This document shows, in pieces, positions 27,252 through 41,379 of a stretch of DNA of 64,000 bases. The stretch's first letter is position 1; the number at the start of each line of letters is the position of its first letter. Under the pieces are notes generated by a model that worked only from the letters and a program-made list of their open reading frames with translations, made no database searches and was not told the DNA's origin. The stretch lies in the NCBI GenBank assembly GCA_038087875.1, contig CM075989.1, positions 23,252,001 through 23,316,000 on the forward strand, in the 5' to 3' direction. Both the position numbers and the translations under genes were made by a program. This DNA is from Malacoraja senta (taxonomy: Eukaryota).

Positions 27252-27561
27252 CTTACTTACTTACAGCATATTATGCCTCCTGGCATGTAGGGCAGCAACG
27301 AAGGTCCTCCACTCAGTAGTGTTGATTCCTTCAGTTGCTGTTTCTGTAACATATTTGTTTTACGAGACAGGGTTGTTAGCCCCGTGCTTAACCTCCAACC
27401 TGGAGGACCAGTGGATCGCTCTTCGTCTCGCCTCTACCCTTCGACCTGTCCAGCATGGGAGACCCTAACAGGAGACGATTCTCCCACTGGCATAGCGCTA
27501 GGGGTCACTGAGACACACAAGCTCCCCGACCACGACAAGGTTGCAATCCAATGGGGAGACC
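27252..27561 (-). mobile_element. Non-autonomous bipartite RTE derivative (RTE 5' UTR fused to RTE 3' tail)
   Basis: RTE-like motif ggtcctccaggttggaggtt...ggggctaacaaccc...cgtaaaac, 3' end gttgctgccctacatgcc and a (gtaa)n tail. The flank agacagaacat is duplicated. Confidence 0.7.
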
Positions 27562-27890
27562 AGACAGAACATGGTTTGGCCTTAAAGTTATGCCTTTCCT
27601 TTGCAAATCTAAGTTATCCACTCCTAATCTCTATAACCTTGTAACATAAATGCTTGGCACTCAGCTCCTGAACATCCCAGAACACGCCTCTCCTTCATTG
27701 TTTACCTTATACAAGAGAGCAGAGTACATCACATGTTTTTCACAAGTGCCCCACCGAGTTGTGCCAAGTCTGACTTCAGTTAAATGTCTGGCTGGTGTCG
27801 ACTTACATCAAGGTCTTGCACAACTTGCAAAACATCACGTCAATGGCATCCAGAAGGTGTTGTCCAGCAACGAGAAACAATGTTCCACAA

Positions 27891-28205
27891 GGGCGGCATG
27901 GTGGCGCAGCGGTAGAGTTGCTGTCTGACAGCGCTTGCCATGCTGGAGACCCAGGTTCGATCCCGCCTAAGGGTGCTGTCCGTACGGAGTTTGTACCTTC
28001 TCCCTGTGACCGCGTGCGTTATCTCCGAGTGCTCCGGTTTCCTCCCACACGCCAAAGATGCACAGGTTTCTGGGTTAATTGGCTTGCTATAAATGTAAAT
28101 TGTCCCCAATGTGTGTAGGATAGTGTTAATGTGTGGGGATCGCTGGTCGCACTCGGTGGACACAAAGGGCCTGTTTCCGCGCTGTATATCTAAATTAAAC
28201 TAAAC
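27891..28205 (+). mobile_element. HE1-type V-SINE, full length
   Basis: tRNA head, V core and CR1 tail. Confidence 0.87.
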
Positions 28206-30149
28206 AAATGATTGAATGATGGAGTAGACTTGAATGGCCGAATGGCCTAATTCTTCTCCTATAACATATGAACATGAACAATAATCTTCAGTAAATTATA
28301 ATCCTATGATGTTTAAGGCACAGGAATTCAAATGAGTTGTTGCAAATTCTAAGTTCAGAAGTGATAGGAGCAGAACAGCACCTCATGTTCCGCTTGGGTG
28401 GCTTCCAACACAACATTGACTTCTCCAATCACTATGGGAGGACTTTGACAGTTTCTTCACTGCTACTTCTGAGCATTGCGGTTCAGCAAACTGGAAGATG
28501 GAAGATGAGGGAACACCCCCCCGCATCTCAAGCTTTTCCATGTTCCACAGGGATGAAGGGAAAGGGATTGCTTTTCATTGCCGACAATTTCTGCCTTTCA
28601 ATAACCCCTCATCTTGACAATCCTGAGGCGAAAGGAACGTGACAATGGAGAGAAAATGCGTAGGAAGGAACTGCAGATGCTGGTTTAAACCAAAGATGGA
28701 CACATAATGTTGGGGTAACTCAGCAGGACAGGCAGCGTCTCTGGAGAGAAGGAATGGGTGACGTTTTGGGTCGAGGCCCTTCTTTAAACTGAAAGTCACG
28801 GGAAAGGGAAACAAGAGATATAGACGATGATGATGTGTAGAATGAAAGATATGCATATTGCTCTTTAATCATTGTTCTTTATCTCGCTACATCATCATCT
28901 ATATTTGTTTCCCTTTCCCATTTCAGTCTGAAGAAGGGTCTCGACCCAAAACGTCACCCATTCCTTCTCTCCAGAGATACTGCCTGTCCTGCTGAGTTAC
29001 TCCAGCTTTTTGTGTCTATCTTTGTGACAATGTTGACAGCAGCAACATTGGGGGAAGTACAATGTAATTGGGTCTGGACCTATTGCAGATTGTTTGTGTA
29101 TTCATCGCTGGTGAACCAGGAAGACTTTGCCGTAGAGGAGAAATTCAATTAATGGAAACAAGTTTAAAGTTGTCATTAACCTGAGATGACAAAAGCATTT
29201 TTCAATTCACACAGCAGGACTTGACCTCAGGGATCAAAAGTGAATTGAACAGAAATTCTATAATGAATTCCATTTGTAACAGGTCAGAGTCCAGATTGTT
29301 GCTCTGTCTGACATGTTGGAAACTGAACCCAGAACAACCTCCCATCTCCATCCCAAGGACACAGTCTAGCTCCTGAGAAATAAAGCAGAGCTATTCGTTA
29401 GTGAAATCTCAGCGTACACTACAATGGTATAATCATGGTTTAAGAAGGAAAATCATTTGTTTGGATAGATTTTGGCCGGCACGTTGGCGCAGCGGTAGAG
29501 TTGCTGCCTCACAGCGCCAGAGACCCGGGTTCGATCCTGACCACGGGTGCTGTCTGTACGGAGTTTGTACGTTCTCCCCGTGACCTGCGTAGGTTTTCTC
29601 TGGGATCTCCCACACTCCCAAGACGTGCAGGTTTGTAGGTTAAATGGCTCGGTATAATTATAAATTGTCCCTAGTGTGTGTAGAATAGTGTTAGTGTGTG
29701 GGGATCGCTGATCGGTGAGGACTCGGTGGGCTGAAGGGCCTGTTTCTGCGTTGTATCTCTCAACTAAACTAAACTGAACTAGTACTTGAAGATGACTGGT
29801 TTGAATTAATATAACTTTGCTTCTTTTGCTGCTTCTGAATATGTTAGTAGCTGCGGTAAGTTCAGACAGCGGAACGGGAGAAATCCAGCTAGATTTCAGC
29901 ATCCAGCGTTTAACATGGGATGACATACTTTAGCAAGTCTGTAGCTATAGCTATGGATGAGAAAAATCACATCTTTTTTTTGTTTATTTTAGTCATCTTA
30001 GTTTGTAGGTTAATTGGGTTCGGTAAAATTGTAAATTGTCCCTAGTTTAGTTTAGTTTGGAGATGCAGCTCGGAAACAGGCCCTTCGGCCCACCGAGCCT
30101 GCACCAACCAGCCGTCCCCGCACACTAACACTACCCTACCCACACTAGG

Positions 30150-31181
30150 TAGGTATGTTACAAAACTTACCTTCAGTCGCGCTGTAATTCTGCCACTGGC
30201 CGTGTGCGCGATTTTGGCGCCTTTAAGGGGGGGCGGGGTTAAAACGCGGTTTCTCCTCCCTTGTCCTGGAAATATTTTGTTGGAGTACAAACCTTGGCTG
30301 ACAAAATCGTTCCTACCGGCGTTTTGTGAATTTTTTATTTTTATTAAATCGCCAATGTCAGTGCTACAGTCATTTTAAAAGCAGCTCCTGAAGCGTCAAC
30401 GCCGATAACGGGGACGGATTTCACACAATGGACAGGTAAACGAAAGTGCTTTCTTTAAATGTATAAAAGTGCTTCTTAAGAAGCCTTTAATTCACATTTT
30501 TTCATGCGACACGGTGATTTTATTCCCCGAATTAACGGCAGTATTTTTCATGCCAATACGGGGTTAAATTCACCGCAAATCAACGTTCCAAAAGATCGCG
30601 TTCCAGCAAATCCTCACTCGCAAGATGAATTAAATCCCCATTAATTTACAGGTATTAAACATTCAATTCCTTCCATTTGGCCTGTAAATTCATGAAAATT
30701 AGATTTAAAAATTATGTTATATTGTGAATTATTGTGTGAATGTTATTTGGACACTTAGGGTATTTAAAAATGTTAATCTATTCTTAAGAAATTGATAGAT
30801 GTTTAGATCTAGTAATTGAATTTTGTAATTAGCTACAATTAGGTAACTAACTAATTATATGCTTTACTTTCATGTCTTCGAAGTAAGATTGTTTCATATT
30901 TGTTTCAGAATGCTTCAATCTATAATACCTGAAAATTTCTTTCAGTTACCATAATTTTTAAGAAAGTTATGGGCTTTTAACTGTCCTCGATCACAACTTT
31001 TGTGTTAAGTCAATGGAAAAGCAATAGGGAACTAGATGCTAATTTCTGAGTATGATAATGGCCATAACTTTTTTAATACTGAAGATATGAAAGTGAAATA
31101 AGTGTCAAATTAAACTTCTTTTTCTGATGGGATAAATTGCAGACTTTATTTTTAAAATCTCAAAATTTTGTAACATTGCTA
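30150..31181. mobile_element. ~1.03-kb AT-rich non-autonomous hAT-like DNA transposon inserted in an HE1 SINE
   Basis: Imperfect TIRs taggtatgttacaaaa / ttttgtaacattgcta. Target cactagg is duplicated, and the SINE resumes on the other side. Confidence 0.8.
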
Positions 31182-32270
31182 CACTAGGGACAATTTTACA
31201 TTTAAACATATATACCAAGCCCATTAACCTACAAACCTGAATGTCTTTGGAGTGTGGGAGGAAACCGGAGATCCCGGTGAAAACCCAGAATGTGCAAACT
31301 CCGTACAGACAGCACCCATAGTCAGGATCGAACCCTAAATGAGCTTAGGGGGGCCGTCGAGAAGGAAGGGAGAAAGGATCACCAGAAAGACTAACAATGC
31401 AAACTGCAGGATGTCTGTGGAAGGAGAGGGTATAATGATACATATATATCTTCCACACTTGATGGTACGCTTACATTTTGGGCATCTGGCATATTAAACA
31501 TCACATCATTCATAAGAAATAAAGGCAGATTTCAAATTCTATTATGACTGTAATAGCCTGGTTTCTGCAATGCATGGCTAGGAATGTCGACCCCATCACA
31601 TTAGGTCACGATGGAGTTGATTTCAACAAAAATGTGCATTTACAATGCGTCTTTCATAGTTTCATGGCAACTGGAAGAACTCCCTCTTCAGCCTGGGAAG
31701 TGCCGTTGAAGTGGAGGCTCATTGCCGTGCGGTAATGATGCCAATTAGTATCAAGCTCAGAGAAACAGCAAAGTGATAATTGGAGAAAATAAAATCTAGA
31801 GGCACTGAAAATCCAAAACAGGAACAGAGAATGCTCTTCGCACTGAAGTAGTGGATTAGTATCAGTAGAGAGAGAAACGCAGCCTGAATCAACAAATGAA
31901 CTGTGTTTATCTCATTCAGCCCAACAAGTCTACTCTGCTGATGGACACAAAATGCTGGAGTAACTCAGCAGGACAGGCAGCATCTCTGGAGAGTAGGAAT
32001 AGGTAACGTTTTGGGACGAGACCCTTCTTCAGACTCAAATCTGAAGAACGGATAGGTGATGTTTTGGGTCAGGACTCTTCTTAAAGGTCCTGACACAAAA
32101 CATCACCAATCCATTTGCTCCAGGGATGCTGCCTGACCCATTGAGTTCCTCCAGCATTTTGTGTCTAGCCATGCCTTTGCTATTTCCCCCGAGGAGAATT
32201 CCGTGTTATACACTAGAAGGATGAAGAAAAGAACTTTAATCATCTGCAAACTAAACCAAACTGGATCAGT

Positions 32271-32298
32271 CTGAAGAAGGGTTTCGACCTGAAACGTT
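32271..32298 (+). ncRNA. Minimal hammerhead core, GUU-cleavage subfamily
   Basis: CUGAAGA-A-GGGU-UUCG-ACCU-GAAA-CGUU. Confidence 0.5.
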
Positions 32299-33959
32299 GC
32301 CTATTTCCTTCGCTCCATAGATGCTGCTGCACCCGCTGAGTTTCTCCAGCACTTTTGTCTACCTTAGATCTTATGCTCGACACGTTGCAGCATAGTGGGA
32401 TGTTACATGTTCTTCTCTGTGAACGTGATATATGATTGCGTGGATTGGAAATGAAAGACAACAAATTTAGTGTTAACTTCCGAAGAGGTTTTCTGAATGT
32501 TTCCGGATGTTGAAATCTTTGGGCTATTTCTAGTAATCATTAATCCAATTATTTTAAGTGATTTAAACAATGCAAAGCCCGTTCCTTAGTGCTCATTCTG
32601 AATTATTTTTAGCGAGTATTGTCACTCTTTTGTACAAAAGCATGGCCTGCAGCAGTAATTACAGTGGACAGGCCTTGATCATTTTGAATGTCCTGTGATG
32701 CAGGAGTAAGCAGCATTGTCACCCAGATGGATTATACAGCATGGAATCACAGCAAAGGAGGGCTCGGGGTTTAAGCTGGTTATTTGCTGTCTGTTGTGAC
32801 TCAGACAAATGAATGAACTCGAGCAGAAAAATGGAATTGGGTAAGGTCAAAAAACGGACCGTCGGTGTTCCTGATGGCTACATCAGGCATTCCTGACGAT
32901 GTTGCTTCTGCCAATGTATGACATTCTGCACATAAAACCACGAATCTGTCCACAGACACACATAGTGCTGGAGTAACTCAGCGGGCAGGCAGCACCTCTG
33001 GAGAAAAGGAATCAGTGACGTTTCTGGTCGAGACCCTTCTTCAGATTCAGGGGAGAGGGGAACGAGAGATATAGACGATACTTAGGACAAATGAACGTAA
33101 GATATGCAGAAAGCAATGACGATCAGGGGAATGTAGAGCCCACAATGATCCATTGTTGGCTGTGGGATAGGTGATAACGAGACTCTCAGTCTGAAGATGA
33201 GTCTCAACACGAAACGTCACCCATTTCTTTTCTCCAGAGATGCTACCTTCCCCGCTGAGTTACTCCAGCTTTGTGTGTCTGTCTTTGGTTTAAACCAGCA
33301 TCTGCAGTTCCTCCCTACACATAAATCTGTCAAGTCTGCTTCCCTGTTGTCTCCGTGTTGCATCTCTCATCAGGCATGTAATCAGTTTAATATTGTCACA
33401 TTGCCAAATGCTCTTGGAGCACGGTAGATTTTTCTTCTGCAAATCCTTATTTACTGTATGAGTAACTCAGCTGGTCAGGCAGCATCTCTGGAGAAAACAA
33501 GATGGGTGACGTTTAGGGTCAGAACTCTTCTTCAGCAAACATTCCTGCATTGTTCCCTCACAACTTGTGTCAGAACCCTCCCCCACCCTAGTCTTCCCAC
33601 CATCTCCACTGTTCTAGTCTATTGTTCTATTCTATTGTCTATTGTTCTCATCCCTGTCTCCATCTCATTATTACCTCTTCCCCAGCCAACAATGCACCAT
33701 AATGGGTCCATTGTTGGCTCTCAATGGGAGACTGAAGAAGGGCCCGAACCAAAACGGCACCCATCATTTTCCTCCAGAGATGCTGCCTGACCCGCTGAGT
33801 TACTCCAGCACTTTGTGCCTATCTTCGGTATATCTTGCAGTTCCTTTCCGCACTCTTATTTATTGTTGTTGTAGTTACACATATGAATGTTAAAATGGTC
33901 GCTTGATGGCCAGCATGGACTCCATGGGTGAGAGGGTCCTTTTCTGTGCTGTATCAAGC

Positions 33960-34880
33960 ATGTAAAGCTGAGGCTTTATCAGCTGCTGGTGGGGCCACAT
34001 TTGGAGTATTGTGAGAAGTCTTGGGCTCCATATCAGAGGAAGGATGTGCTGGCACTGGAGAGGGTCCACAGGAAGTTTAGGAGAATGATTAGGTTAACAT
34101 ATGGTGAGCGATTGAAGGGACTAGGCCTGTACTCGCTGGGGTTTAGAAAGTTGAGGGGGGACCTCATTGAAACTTTCCAAACAGTGAAAGGCCTGGATAA
34201 TAATAATAATAATAATGAATTGGATTTATATAGCGCCTTTCTAATACCCAAGGCGCTTTACATCGCATTATTCATTCACTCCTCAGTCACACTCGGTGGT
34301 GGTGAGCTACTTCTGTAGCCACAGCTGCCCTGGGGCAGACTGACGGAAGCGTGGCTGCTAATCTGAGCCTACGGCCCCTCCGACCACCACCAATCACTCA
34401 CACACATTCACACGCAGGCAAAGGTGGGTGAAGTGTCTTGCCCAAGGACACAACGACAGTATGCACTCCAAGCGGGATTCGAACCGGCTACCTTCCGGTT
34501 GCCAGCCGAACACTTAGCCCATTGCGCCATCTGTCGTCCTGGATAGAGTGAATGTAGAGAGGATGTTTCCACTAGTGGGAGAGTCTAGGAACAGAGGGCA
34601 TCGCCTCAGAATAAAAAGGGCGTACCTTCAAAATGGAGTTGAGGAGGAATTTCTTTAGCCAGAGGGTGGTGAATCTGTGGAATTCATTGCCACAGACTGC
34701 TGTGGAGGTCAAGATATTGAGTATTTTTAAAGCTGAGATTGATAGGTTCTTGATTAGTAAGGGTGTCAAAGGTTACGAGGAGAAGTCAGGAGACAGGGGA
34801 AACTAGATTAGCCATGAATGAATGGCGGAGTAGACTCGATGGGCTGAATGGCCTAATTCCGCTGCTATGTCTTGTGGTCT
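33960..34880 (+). mobile_element. CR1 LINE 3' portion, interrupted by a young SINE
   Basis: Peptide PHLEYC...WAPY.RKDVLALERV...GLYSLGFRKLRGDLIE, continuing after the SINE into the 3' UTR. Confidence 0.88.
34200..34537 (-). mobile_element. Young tRNA-derived CORE-type SINE, second copy
   Basis: 8-bp TSD cctggata (34192-34199 and 34538-34545). Nearly identical to 6040-6378. Confidence 0.85.
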
Positions 34881-36234
34881 AATCCCTTTCAGACCCCATC
34901 GTTGCAAGCATCTGCAGAACAGTATCTCAATCTAACCAGTGGACTCGTTCCAGCAAGGGGAACTGGAGAAGCATGAAAGAATTGAAACTTACCCAATCCT
35001 GACGGGCTGGATGCTGAGAGGTTGGGTCCTGAGCAATGTTTCTTTTGGTGACAGTACACTATTGGTTCGATGGTTCGACGGTTCAACGGTTGGATGGTTG
35101 GATGGTTGGACGGTTGGATGTTCGATGGTTGGATGGGGCTTTGTCATATATGCAACTGCAGAGTGAAATTCTTTTTGCATATATTACACATGCGGGCGCC
35201 AGCCATTTTTGGCGTCATTATACAAAGTCCAGAGTCCGGTCGGCCCGAGCGCTCGATGTCCTGGAGCAGTTGCCGCTAACCCACGTCCCTCTCCTCGAAT
35301 ACAGATGTAAACTAGAAGATCACAGGTAAGAACTGGGAACAAATGGAAGTGAATAGTGATGTCTTGCAACATGTCCACATCACTAAAGAGAAGTGTAATT
35401 ATAGAGCCATAGAGATTCTCCTAAAAAGGTGAAAACTAGTTTAAGGTTAAAAAAAAGTTGAAAACTAGGCTTCAAAAATTCGAAAAGTTACAAATTTGAT
35501 TTTCAAATGTTAAATTATAAGTTTTATGACAGAAAGATGAATAACATTTAAGAAATAACTCTTCAGGTGGTCATATTGTCCCATGCCCATGTACAATAAG
35601 GTATAATACCACCTTGCTTGGAGCAGCATCACAGGCAATCACAGATGTTCTCCAGCACAGTGGCGTAGTGGTAGAGTTGCTACCTCACAGCGCCAGAGAC
35701 CCGGGTTCAATCCTGACTATGGGTGCTGTCTGTATGGAGTTTGCACGTTCTCCCCGTGCGTTTTCTCCGGATGCTCCGGTTTCCTCCCACACTCCAAAGA
35801 TGTACAGGTTTGCAGGTTAATTGGCTTCAATAAAATTGTAAATTGTCTCTAGTGTGTAGGATAGTGCTAGTGTACGGGGGGGGTGATCGCTGATCGTTGC
35901 AGACAGTGGGCCGAAGGGCCTGTTTCCGTGCTGTATCTCTAAAGTCTACAACCACACTGCCAAACCCACACCATTAGCTCTCTGATCCACAGATTATTCT
36001 TTGTAGTGACTCACCGCCACTTATTTGAAGGCAGTTAGGCATGGCAATTAACTCCACCTTTGCCAGGGACACCCAGACAATGGATGAATCAATAGCATCA
36101 CATCAGGCAGAGAAGATAATGGAGAATTCTAGTTGTCTATGTGTTGAGCCACAGGAGGTAGATGAATATTTCTCATCAGTACTTACCGTGAAGAACATCA
36201 TGGGAGCGAAGGGAAATGAACGGTGATGTCTTAG

Positions 36235-36740
36235 AAACATAGACAATAGGTGCAGGAGTAGGCCATTTGCCCCTTCGAGCAGCACCGCCATTCAATGTGA
36301 TCATGGCTGATCATCCAAAATCAGTACCCCGTTCCTGATTTCTCCCCATATCCCTTGATTCCGTTAGCCCTAAGAGCTAAATCTAACTCTCTCTTGAAAA
36401 CATCCCGTGAATTGGCCTCCACTGCCTTCTGTGGCAGAGAATTCCACAGATTCACAACTCTCTGGGTGAAAAAGATTTTCCTCAGCTCAGTCCTAAATGG
36501 CCTACCCCTTATTCTTAAACTGTGAACCCTGGTTCTGGACTCCCCCAACATCGGGAACCTTTTTCCTGCATCTAGCCTGTCCAATCCCTTAAGAAAGTTA
36601 TATGTTTCTATAAGATCCCCTCTTATCCTTCTAAATTCCAGTGAATATAAGCTCAGTCGATCCATTCTTTCATCATGTCAGCCCCGCCAGCCTGGGAATT
36701 AACCTGGTGAACCTACATTGCACTCCCTCTATAACAATAG
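36235..36740 (-). mobile_element. CR1 LINE 3' end
   Basis: Peptide LYSLEFRRIRGDLIETY...FFTQRVVNLWNSLPQKAVEA plus UTR. Confidence 0.9.
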
Positions 36741-38368
36741 TCTTAGAACATGTCCAGTGTTAAAGAGGAGTTGCTGTCTGTCTTCATCACACAGTCATAC
36801 GTAGGGCATGGAAAACGGAACTTCCCCCAACTTGCCTGCCCCCCATCATTCCTGGCAGCTCATTCTGGGACTTACCAAAACCTGTCACGCTCATCTCCCT
36901 TAAACTTTGTCCCTCTCACCTGAAAGCGATGCCGCTAGGAGTTTGATATTTCCAACCTGGGAAAAAGGTTCTGATATTACAACATCTAAAACACATTTAG
37001 ACAGGTACATGGGTGGGAAAGATTTATCTGGATATGGGCCAAATGCAGGAACAGATCCAAGTACACAATGTATTCAGTGGCGACAAGTTGGGACGAATCG
37101 CTTGTTTCCATGCTGTGTCACTATACAACTCATTCAGGTATGACTTTAGACATACAGCACAAAACAGGCCCTTCGGCCCACTGAGTCCGCGCTGACACAC
37201 CGACCCCGTACACTAGCATTATTCTACACACACTAGGGACAATTTACAATTTTACTGAAGCCAATTAACCTACAAGCCTGTACTTCTTTGGAGTGTGGGA
37301 GTAAACCTGAGCTTCCTGGAGAAGACCCACGCGGTCACGGGGAGAACGTACAAACTCCGTACAGACAGCACCTGTGGTCAGGATCAAACCAGAGTGTCTG
37401 GCGCTGTGAGGCAGCAACTCTACCACTGCACCACTTTATCCGCTGTGTGGATGAAATGTTAAATTCAACTTTGGCATGGAAATACAGGATTACATGCTTA
37501 ACTGGGGGCCCATTCACTGCTTGTCTAGTATCCCAGAAACTATCCACATTCAGAGATAGTTTCTTCCCAGCTGGAATCAGGCAACTGAACTGTCCTCTCA
37601 CCAACTCGAGTGCTTAATCTTGTACTAAACGGTATTCCCTTTATCCTGTATCTGTACGATGTGGACAGCTGGATTGTAAGCATGTCAACTCTTTTATATG
37701 ACTGGATAGCACGCAAGGAAGGTTTTTCACTGTACCTCGGTAGAATTTCTCCTTCAATCTTTCCTTTGCGATTCCCCAGCCCACCCTACCCCTGCCTATT
37801 TCCTCTTGAATACCAAACTTGCAAGGCCAAATTGCCAAAACTCATTCACAAACACCAGTACCAAAATACAATATTTTGATTTTTTTTATTACAAACAAAA
37901 GGAAATAAAGTGCCTTTTTAATAATACAATACAATTACAAGGTTAACATACAAAACACTAAACAAGCACAATTGTTGCTTCAGTGCTACCTAGAAGGCTT
38001 GGCAGTCTCTGGCAATATATTTGATATAGTCTCCAAAAGTGTAGTCTCTCATTTGCATCAGATACTATAAAAAGACAGATTTCTCCCCTCGCGCATTGAT
38101 TTATATTTCCACTTTACAAAAGGTAAGATGATTCGTCTACATCAACATGTTTTAATACTGGATTAAATCCCACTATTATCACCCCCTCCCCACCCCCGGT
38201 CTAGTCTCCTACACTGAACAACCGAGACAGTCATACCAGATGCCTTCTGATGCACCCTGTCTATCTGTAAGGAAATAGACTGCTGCAGTACCTCAGGTCA
38301 GGCAGCATCTTTGGAGACCATGGATAGGGAAAGTTTCGGGTCGGGGCCCTTCTTGAGGCTCTCGCCCC

Positions 38369-38566
38369 GAAACGTCATCTATCCATGTTCTCCAGAGAAG
38401 CTGCCTGACCCGCTGAGTTACCCCAGCACTCTGTGAAACGTCACCTATCCATGTTCTCCAGAGAAGCTGCCTGACCCGCTGAGTTACTCCAGCACTCTGT
38501 GAAACGTCACCTATCCATGTTCTCCACAGATGCTGCCTGACCCGCTGAGTTACTCCAGCACTCTGT
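38369..38566 (+). repeat. Tandem array of 3 x 66 bp derived from the PLE terminal repeat
   Basis: Units start gaaacgtc at 38369, 38435 and 38501. Confidence 0.9.
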
Positions 38567-38905
38567 GTCCTTTCGTTAGTTAACCAACAGCTGCAATTCT
38601 TTGTTTCTACACCCTGTCTACCCATGTCTCCACTTTCAGGGAACTCTGCATCTACACCGATGGTCTCACTGATCTACATTCATCTCCAAGACTCGTCTAT
38701 TTACTGAGCAAATCCTGCCTCATTTAACTTATCAAAGTGCAACACCTCGCACTTGGCTTATGAAATTTCATCTGCCATTTTTCCGGCCTGTGTCCACTTT
38801 TATTAAAATATTTACATCATTCAATGTTAATATTCAATAATTAGAATGCATTAACTACCTGCAGCCATGGTTGTGTCTGTACAAATTGGTCATATTATTA
38901 ATAAC

Positions 38906-38937
<32 letters not shown>

Positions 38938-41379
38938 GCAACTTTGGTATACTGTAGGATATGCTAAAATGTTTTTTTTAAGCAGCTGCAATTATACACC
39001 ACCCTATAAAATCCATAGGAGACCTCAAAGTGCTTTATGACCAATAGATTATTTTAAAGTAATAAAGATAAATGTTGAGGTTTGTGCACCAAGAATGCCT
39101 TGGATCACCTTCCATCTCAATGTTTAGTTTAGTTTAGAGATACAGCACGGAAACAGGCCCTTCAGCCCACCGACACTAACACTATCCTACACACTTGGGG
39201 CAATTTTATATTTATACCAATCCAATTAACCGACAAACCTGTGCGTCTGTGGAGTGTGGGAGGGAACCGATGATCTCAGAGAAAACCCACGCAGGTCACG
39301 TGGAGAACGTACAAACTCCGTACAGACAGCACCTGTAGTCAGGATCTAACCCAGGACTCTGGTGCTGTGAGACAGCTACTCTACCGCTGCCCCAAATCCA
39401 TCCAAACTAATTATTTTCCTCCTTAAACCATGATTGTACCATCATAACAATCACACTGTAGACCACAATACTAAAAATGCTTTTCAATTTTAAAATTGGT
39501 CACGAAAAGCTTCACAAGTATCAAGGACGATGGTGAGAACTGTAGAAAATGTCAGAAAAATAAAATCTTAAAATACATTTGATGTTTGGTCGTTGCTTTC
39601 AGATAGCATTTGATTGTAAAAACAGCCACACAAGAGAGCAGAGAGTGATGTAGATTAGTTTCATTAGCTTTCATTAATAAAGACTGCCAAGCCTACACTT
39701 AACACAGTGAAAATGCCAAACAGTTAAGGCAACTTTCTGCTGGGCTTATTACACTCTACGGCAATTTACAAAAGGCAAATAAACACTTGGTAACAAAACA
39801 CTTAACAGGTGAAGAATTCTGCCTGTAAAGGTAAAGGGTTGATGGGGAACATGTTTCATCACATCTCACAGAAATAACACAAACACAATCGATATAATAT
39901 TTACATCATGTGTGCAAAGAGCCTGAACTTAAATGACAATGTGCAGGCGCTGAGACCCAAAAGAAAGATTTTATACATAGTGCATAGGAAGTCAGAAAAT
40001 ATCAATAACCAGTTGGAGTGTGTAGGTAGGAACTGCAGATGCTGGTTTACACCGAAGATAGACACAAAATGCTGGAGTAACTCAGCGGGTCAGGCAGCAT
40101 CTCTGGAGAGAAGGAATAGATGCCGTTTCAGGTTGAGACCTGTCTTCTGAATCCGTTGAGTTGCTCCAGCTTTTTGTAACTATCAAATATTGATATATTT
40201 TCACTCTTTATGGATACCAATGGCCCCAGTTTATCTGGAGGTACCAGGAACTGCAGATGCTGGAATCTTGAGCAAAGCACAAAGTGCTGGAGGAACTCTG
40301 GGTCAGGCAGCATCTCGGGAGAAAAGGAATAGATGACGTTTCAGGTCGAGACCCTTCTTCAGTCTGATTTGTCCTTTTGCATACTTTGCCTTCATTTGTT
40401 CTGTGCACCTTTCCATGCCTCGAGTTTCCCTCTCCCCTGACTCTCAGTCTGAAGAAGGGTCTCGACCCAAAACGTCACCTATTCCTTTTCTCTTGAGATG
40501 CTGCCTGTCCCGCTGAGTTATTCCAGCTTCTTGCGTCTAATAACCAGTTGGAGATTGGTGGTTTGTGTTTAATTAGAGGGTTATAACATAAATAGTAAGA
40601 TTCAGTACAAGAATTGTACCTTCGTGAAACGTTGCCTGAATGTACTCTTGTAAAATTATATTTCAATTATAATGTTGTTACATTTGTTTTTATGTTTAAA
40701 AAATCCTCCGGTATTCACTACTAAAATGGAACATTGCATGCACACAGATTTAAAAATACTCAGATCAATTAAGAACAGGCTTGATTCTCAAGGGAAGGTT
40801 TGTGCCACAGTGGTAATATTATCTGTCAGTTAAAACTCAAACACCTTTCTAATATCTTGTCACATTTCTCAGGTGGCTGTTTAGGGGAAGATGGTGAGAC
40901 ATCTCTTCAGTCTGGCAGTCAGTAGCTACCAGGTTAGAGATGTCCAATTATTAGGGTCAGATGGAGGGGTTTGGGGGAAGAGCAAAGGCAGGAGATGAGA
41001 CCTACAAATAACACCATCATAGAGACAAAATACTGGAGTAACTCAGCGGGACAGGCAGCATCTCTGGAGAGAAGGAATGGGTGACTTTTCGGGTTGAGAC
41101 CCTTCTTCGGGCTATCATGGGCCAATGCGAGATCTCCTCAAGTTACGCCCACTTTGAAGAAGCCCTCCTCTCTCCAATGGGAGTTCTGTGAGACCCTCCC
41201 TCACTGCTCCCTCTCCGTGATTCCAGCCGCTCCCCTGCTCTACACACATGTTCTGTCCCAGCATCTATCACTTGCCGGGCTTTGGCCTGTCCCCCTCCAG
41301 TCTTCTCCCCCTCCCCCCATCACAATGAGTCTGAAAGAGAGTCCTGGCCCAAAATGTCTGCTATCCTTGTCCTCCTGAG

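Noticed and set aside
38369..38566. Regularly spaced repeats suggestive of a CRISPR array
   Set aside because: The units are contiguous and near-identical with no unique spacers, the context is eukaryotic and there are no cas genes.
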